DNA of 20,897 bases from an uncultured bacterium (GTDB lineage Bacteria; SAR324; NAC60-12): NCBI GenBank assembly GCA_964010765.1, contig CAXGMD010000063.1, positions 1 through 20,897 of the forward strand. Reading direction: 5' to 3'. Both the position numbers and the translations under genes were made by a program. The notes below the pieces were generated by a model. The model did no database searches. It was given only the letters and a program-made list of their open reading frames with translations, and was not told the DNA's origin. Shown piece by piece: positions 17,415-20,897 of this stretch (positions are counted from its first letter, which is position 1; the number at the start of each line of letters is the position of its first letter).

Positions 17415-17708
17415 ATGGACGTCCCCTCTGCATCCTATCCCGAGCTATCACCCTCAAGATTACTGTCCCGAGGATTGATCGCCTGTATCAAGCTTTACCA
17501 GTATTGTCTATCTCCGCTTTTACCTAGATCATGCCGCTTCTACCCAAGCTGTTCCAACTATGCACTGGAAGCTCTTCAACAGCATGGTTTTGGCAAAGGT
17601 GGCTGGCTGGCGCTTCGAAGAATTCTTTGCTGTCATCCTCTTCATCCTGGAGGATACGACCCTGTTCCTGATAAGCAAACCGAATCCACTAAATCTTTAA
17701 ACCTCTGA
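17415..17708 (+). CDS. yidD: Membrane protein insertion efficiency factor
   Basis: [23 protein letters not shown]...[15 protein letters not shown]. Confidence 0.96.
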   Translation: MDVPSASYPELSPSRLLSRGLIACIKLYQYCLSPLLPRSCRFYPSCSNYALEALQQHGFGKGGWLALRRILCCHPLHPGGYDPVPDKQTESTKSLNL

Positions 17709-17725
17709 TCCGGCCTGAAATCACT

Positions 17726-19447
17726 ATGGAGAAACAAACCCTTCTAGCAATCGCTCTGTCGGCTGCTGTGCTGATTGGCTGGCAGTTCCTCTTTCCGCCG
17801 CCGCCGCCGCCAACTTCGACGACCGTACCCGCAGCCACTAACTCATCTCCCACTATAGTGAGAGATGAGAATGAATCAGCTGTTTCTGAAAACTCTGTCT
17901 CTCCACTGAGTGCTAGCCTACCAAGTGTGGATGAAAGCCAACCCGCCAAACAAGTTGTTGTCGAAACTCCGCATTACCGATTGACCTTTAATACTAGTGG
18001 TGCAGTTGCTGAGAGCCTGTTGCTTCAAGAGTACCAGCACAACAAGGGACGACTGACTCTCAGCACATGGTTTCCCTATCTCACATCATTTTTAGGGGCT
18101 AGTAACGAAGAAATTGTCACAGAGGACAACAAGGTGAACATGTTCGCCAACGACCTCGATAATGTGCATCAATTTGCTGTCGAATTGGAGGACGATCCCC
18201 AGCTTTCTGCCCGACTCCAACGTACTGTTTTCTCTGAATCACAAGGAGATCTACTTCTTGAAGAAGGAACAGCCTCCCTACAATTCGTTTCTCCTGTTGT
18301 CGACGGACTGCAGTTGATCAAGACTTTCGAGTTTTTCGCTGATTCCTTCCAGATAGGCTATCAGGTACAGGTGATCAACCGCTCTCAGGAAGCAAAGTCT
18401 TTGCGGATTCGCCACGTCTTTGGAGAAGGCCGCGTTCAGAACGATGACTATCAACAACAAGGGGCTCACACAGGGCCAGTATACTTTGTTGAAGAAAGCG
18501 TGGAGACTGAAACAAACAGCGATGTCCAACAAGAATTTCAAGTGGCAAACGCTGAGTGGTTCGGGGTGGAAGATCAGTTCTTCCTAAATGCAGTTCGAGC
18601 TGAATCACCAATCCGCTTCGCCTACTTCCGTTCTGCTGCCGCTCTGGTGGATCAACGAACTATGCTGCGCCCGTACTTTGGGGCACGCCTGCCATTGGTC
18701 AGCCTACAACCAGATCGACAGATTGAATCAAATTTTCGCGCCTACTTTGGGCCAAAGTTAGAAGACGAAATGCTGAAATTTGGTCACAATCTGCGTGAAT
18801 CAAATGCAATGTTCTTGGAAACGCTGGCGGCACCACTACTGACGCTACTGCACTGGATTTTTGGCTATGTTGGCAACTATGGCATCGCCATTATTATCCT
18901 GACCATCATCGTCCGGTTGCTGCTGTTCCCTTTAACCTACAAGGGAATGAAGGGGATGAAACGCATGCAGCAGCTGGCGCCACGAATGAAAAAAATTCAG
19001 GAGAAGTACAAGGATAACCGAGAAAAGTTAAACCAAGAGATGATGGAATTGTACCGCAAGAACAAAGTCAACCCACTGGGAGGCTGCTTGCCGCTACTTC
19101 TACAAATTCCTGTCTTCATCGCTCTCTACAGCGCTCTCTCTGGTGCTGTTGAACTGCGCCATGCGCCCTTCATGCTTTGGCTCTCGGACATGTCTGCTCC
19201 CGATGGCCTTGGAATCACGCCAATTCTGATGGGGGTGAGTCTCTACTTCCAACAAAAACTAACTCCCACAGCTGCTACGATGGATCCCATGCAGCAGAAG
19301 ATCATGCAGTATCTCCCGCTGGTATTCACCATTTTTACTTTCACTTTCCCTGCTGGACTGACACTCTACTGGTTGACCAGTAACTTGCTTTCCATTGCGC
19401 AACAGCAATTTCTCAACCGAATCAAGACCCCAGAACTTCAGGACTAG
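17726..19447 (+). CDS. yidC: Membrane protein insertase YidC
   Basis: N-terminal TM, periplasmic domain, GNYGIAIIILTIIVR, NPLGGCLP.L.QIPVF, PAGLTLYW..SN. Confidence 0.97.
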   Translation: MEKQTLLAIALSAAVLIGWQFLFPPPPPPTSTTVPAATNSSPTIVRDENESAVSENSVSPLSASLPSVDESQPAKQVVVETPHYRLTFNTSGAVAESLLLQEYQHNKGRLTLSTWFPYLTSFLGASNEEIVTEDNKVNMFANDLDNVHQFAVELEDDPQLSARLQRTVFSESQGDLLLEEGTASLQFVSPVVDGLQLIKTFEFFADSFQIGYQVQVINRSQEAKSLRIRHVFGEGRVQNDDYQQQGAHTGPVYFVEESVETETNSDVQQEFQVANAEWFGVEDQFFLNAVRAESPIRFAYFRSAAALVDQRTMLRPYFGARLPLVSLQPDRQIESNFRAYFGPKLEDEMLKFGHNLRESNAMFLETLAAPLLTLLHWIFGYVGNYGIAIIILTIIVRLLLFPLTYKGMKGMKRMQQLAPRMKKIQEKYKDNREKLNQEMMELYRKNKVNPLGGCLPLLLQIPVFIALYSALSGAVELRHAPFMLWLSDMSAPDGLGITPILMGVSLYFQQKLTPTAATMDPMQQKIMQYLPLVFTIFTFTFPAGLTLYWLTSNLLSIAQQQFLNRIKTPELQD

Positions 19448-19459
19448 CAGGCCTTCGGC

Positions 19460-20897
19460 ATGCTTCAATTCCTCACTCCATTATGGCTGCTGGCTCTCCC
19501 AACAGTCATTCTACCTTGGCTTTGGCCGCTGCTAAAGCCACGGACTCGCCAACCCCAGCCTTTCTCTGCTTTTTTCCTGCTGCCGCCAGAAACACTAAGA
19601 CAGCAGCTTAGATTTTCTCGTGAAGATTTTTGGATCAAACTTCTGCGCAGTCTCTTGGTACTACTCGCTGTACTTTTGCTAGCTCGCCCTTACTGGCTGG
19701 AGGAACCTCCTCCATTGGAACTATGGGTCGTTGATGACAGTGCTAGCCTGACGACCCAGCCTTCACTACAGTCGAATATACCGACAGGAGCACAACCACT
19801 TCTGCTCTCAGAATTATTTCCTCCTCCAGCAGAAGCCCCGGTACAAACCAAGTTTCAGGGAAGTTTTTTTGCTGGCACACCCAATCTAGGAGAGATCGGA
19901 CAGGCCATCATGCAATCGCGACCAGAAACAGAACGCAATCGTCGACTGATTGTTAACTTGGTGTCCGATTTTCAGCGTTCCCAATACTGGCCTTATGCTC
20001 CCGTTGTACTACCCATTGAATGGCGTTTTGAAAGACCACAAGGGCTACAATCCGCACCTAATTTGGGATTACGGCAGCTTCGTGTAAAAACAGAAGGAAA
20101 ACTAAGCGCAGTTCTTGAGGTAGAGCTCTTTGGGGAACAACCGAAGTCTACAGAAGTACGCATTACTGTGGAGCAAGAGTCTCAAAAACTGCACGAGTCC
20201 GTCATCAGTTGGAAAGGCACACCAGAGCGTCAGCGACTAGCACTAAGTCCTGAATATGAGCATCACGCACCTTTACAAATATTGATTGAACCTCAGCTGC
20301 CAGATCCTGACTATGACAATCACTACTACTTTCAATCTTCGCGAGGAGATGATCTGCGGGTGGGGTTGCTAAGTACTGAGGGAGTTTCTGCACTTTATCG
20401 GTACGGACTGCACCCTTTGAAATCAGCACTGAATGCCAACGACTTCTTCTCTTTCCTATTCAGCAATCCAGAGACTCTGAAGGCAGCAAACCCTGATCTC
20501 GTGATTCTGTTGGCTGATGATCCAAGAAGATTTACAGACTTCTACCCCGAAACCCCAATCCGTCTGTTCATACCAACTCGTCCAGCAGACTGGAGCAACT
20601 TGGCAACAGACAATCACAGCATCTTACCCAAAGAACAACTCGCTCTTGACTGGAGCAAAGCCGCCCTCGGACCTGAATGGTTGATTGAACAATCCATACC
20701 GGGCCTGCATCAAGCGACCGCTCAACAACTTTGGCTATTGGACACTGGCGTCTCAAATGCTTGGGGGCCTCTCTACCAGCAGCAAAGCTTCGTAGACCAG
20801 CTTCGTGACTGGCTGAGTTATCTCTGGCAAGAACACCCGAATCGTCAGCTGGGGAGCTTGAAGGTAGGGCAACAAGTTTCAGGGATCACACCCGGAT
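19460..20897 (+). CDS. BatA-domain (N-terminal double-TM) / vWA-like membrane protein, truncated by window edge
   Basis: Manual translation MLQFLTPLWLLALP..LPWLW...FSAFFLL...LLRSLLVLLAVLLLARPY, then a MIDAS-like VVDDSAS and LVSDFQ. No stop in the part translated; its absence from the ORF track is consistent with running off the end. Confidence 0.82.
   Translation, partial: MLQFLTPLWLLALPTVILPWLWPLLKPRTRQPQPFSAFFLLPPETLRQQLRFSREDFWIKLLRSLLVLLAVLLLARPYWLEEPPPLELWVVDDSASLTTQPSLQSNIPTGAQPLLLSELFPPPAEAPVQTKFQGSFFAGTPNLGEIGQAIMQSRPETERNRRLIVNLVSDFQRSQYWPYAPVVLPIEWRFERPQGLQSAPNLGLRQLRVKTEGKLSAVLEVELFGEQPKSTEVRITVEQESQKLHESVISWKGTPERQRLALSPEYEHHAPLQILIEPQLPDPDYDNHYYFQSSRGDDLRVGLLSTEGVSALYRYGLHPLKSALNANDFFSFLFSNPETLKAANPDLVILLADDPRRFTDFYPETPIRLFIPTRPADWSNLATDNHSILPKEQLALDWSKAALGPEWLIEQSIPGLHQATAQQLWLLDTGVSNAWGPLYQQQSFVDQLRDWLSYLWQEHPNRQLGSLKVGQQVSGITPG

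Noticed and set aside
17794..17811. CCG trinucleotide run
   Set aside because: Encodes the poly-proline linker of YidC; in frame, not a phase-variable tract.
1527..20756. Numerous 60-116 aa ORFs overlapping the assigned genes on alternative frames or strands
   Set aside because: They are shadows of well-supported CDSs and carry no motifs of their own.

Overview
This is a bacterial chromosomal window. The gene content suggests a flagellated deltaproteobacterium-like organism such as SAR324, but that is inference only. Genes in order: the 5' end of a flagellin gene (-); a ~1.45 kb gap with no credible ORF; HNH endonuclease and GspE/PilB ATPase (-); polyprenyl synthase (+); a single-domain response regulator and a divergent TrpC (-); a plasmid-type ParA plus RHH partner (+); an Hsp70-like protein; a hypothetical protein; a catalytically degenerate APH-like kinase; aspartokinase and nth; a lipoprotein and guaB (-); and rpmH-rnpA-yidD-yidC followed by a BatA/vWA-type gene that runs off the window. 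The most striking feature is the gap upstream of flagellin. It is packed with nested hairpins, and a perfect 18-bp inverted repeat (506-523/1400-1417) closes a ~910-nt domain. G-U wobbles, GNRA loops and A-rich linkers point to a large structured RNA on the + strand. Two consensus sigma-28 promoters (1433-1459, 1503-1529) fire the opposite way, across this element toward flagellin. A second, smaller structured element lies downstream of the ParA cassette, which is itself bracketed by imperfect inverted repeats.
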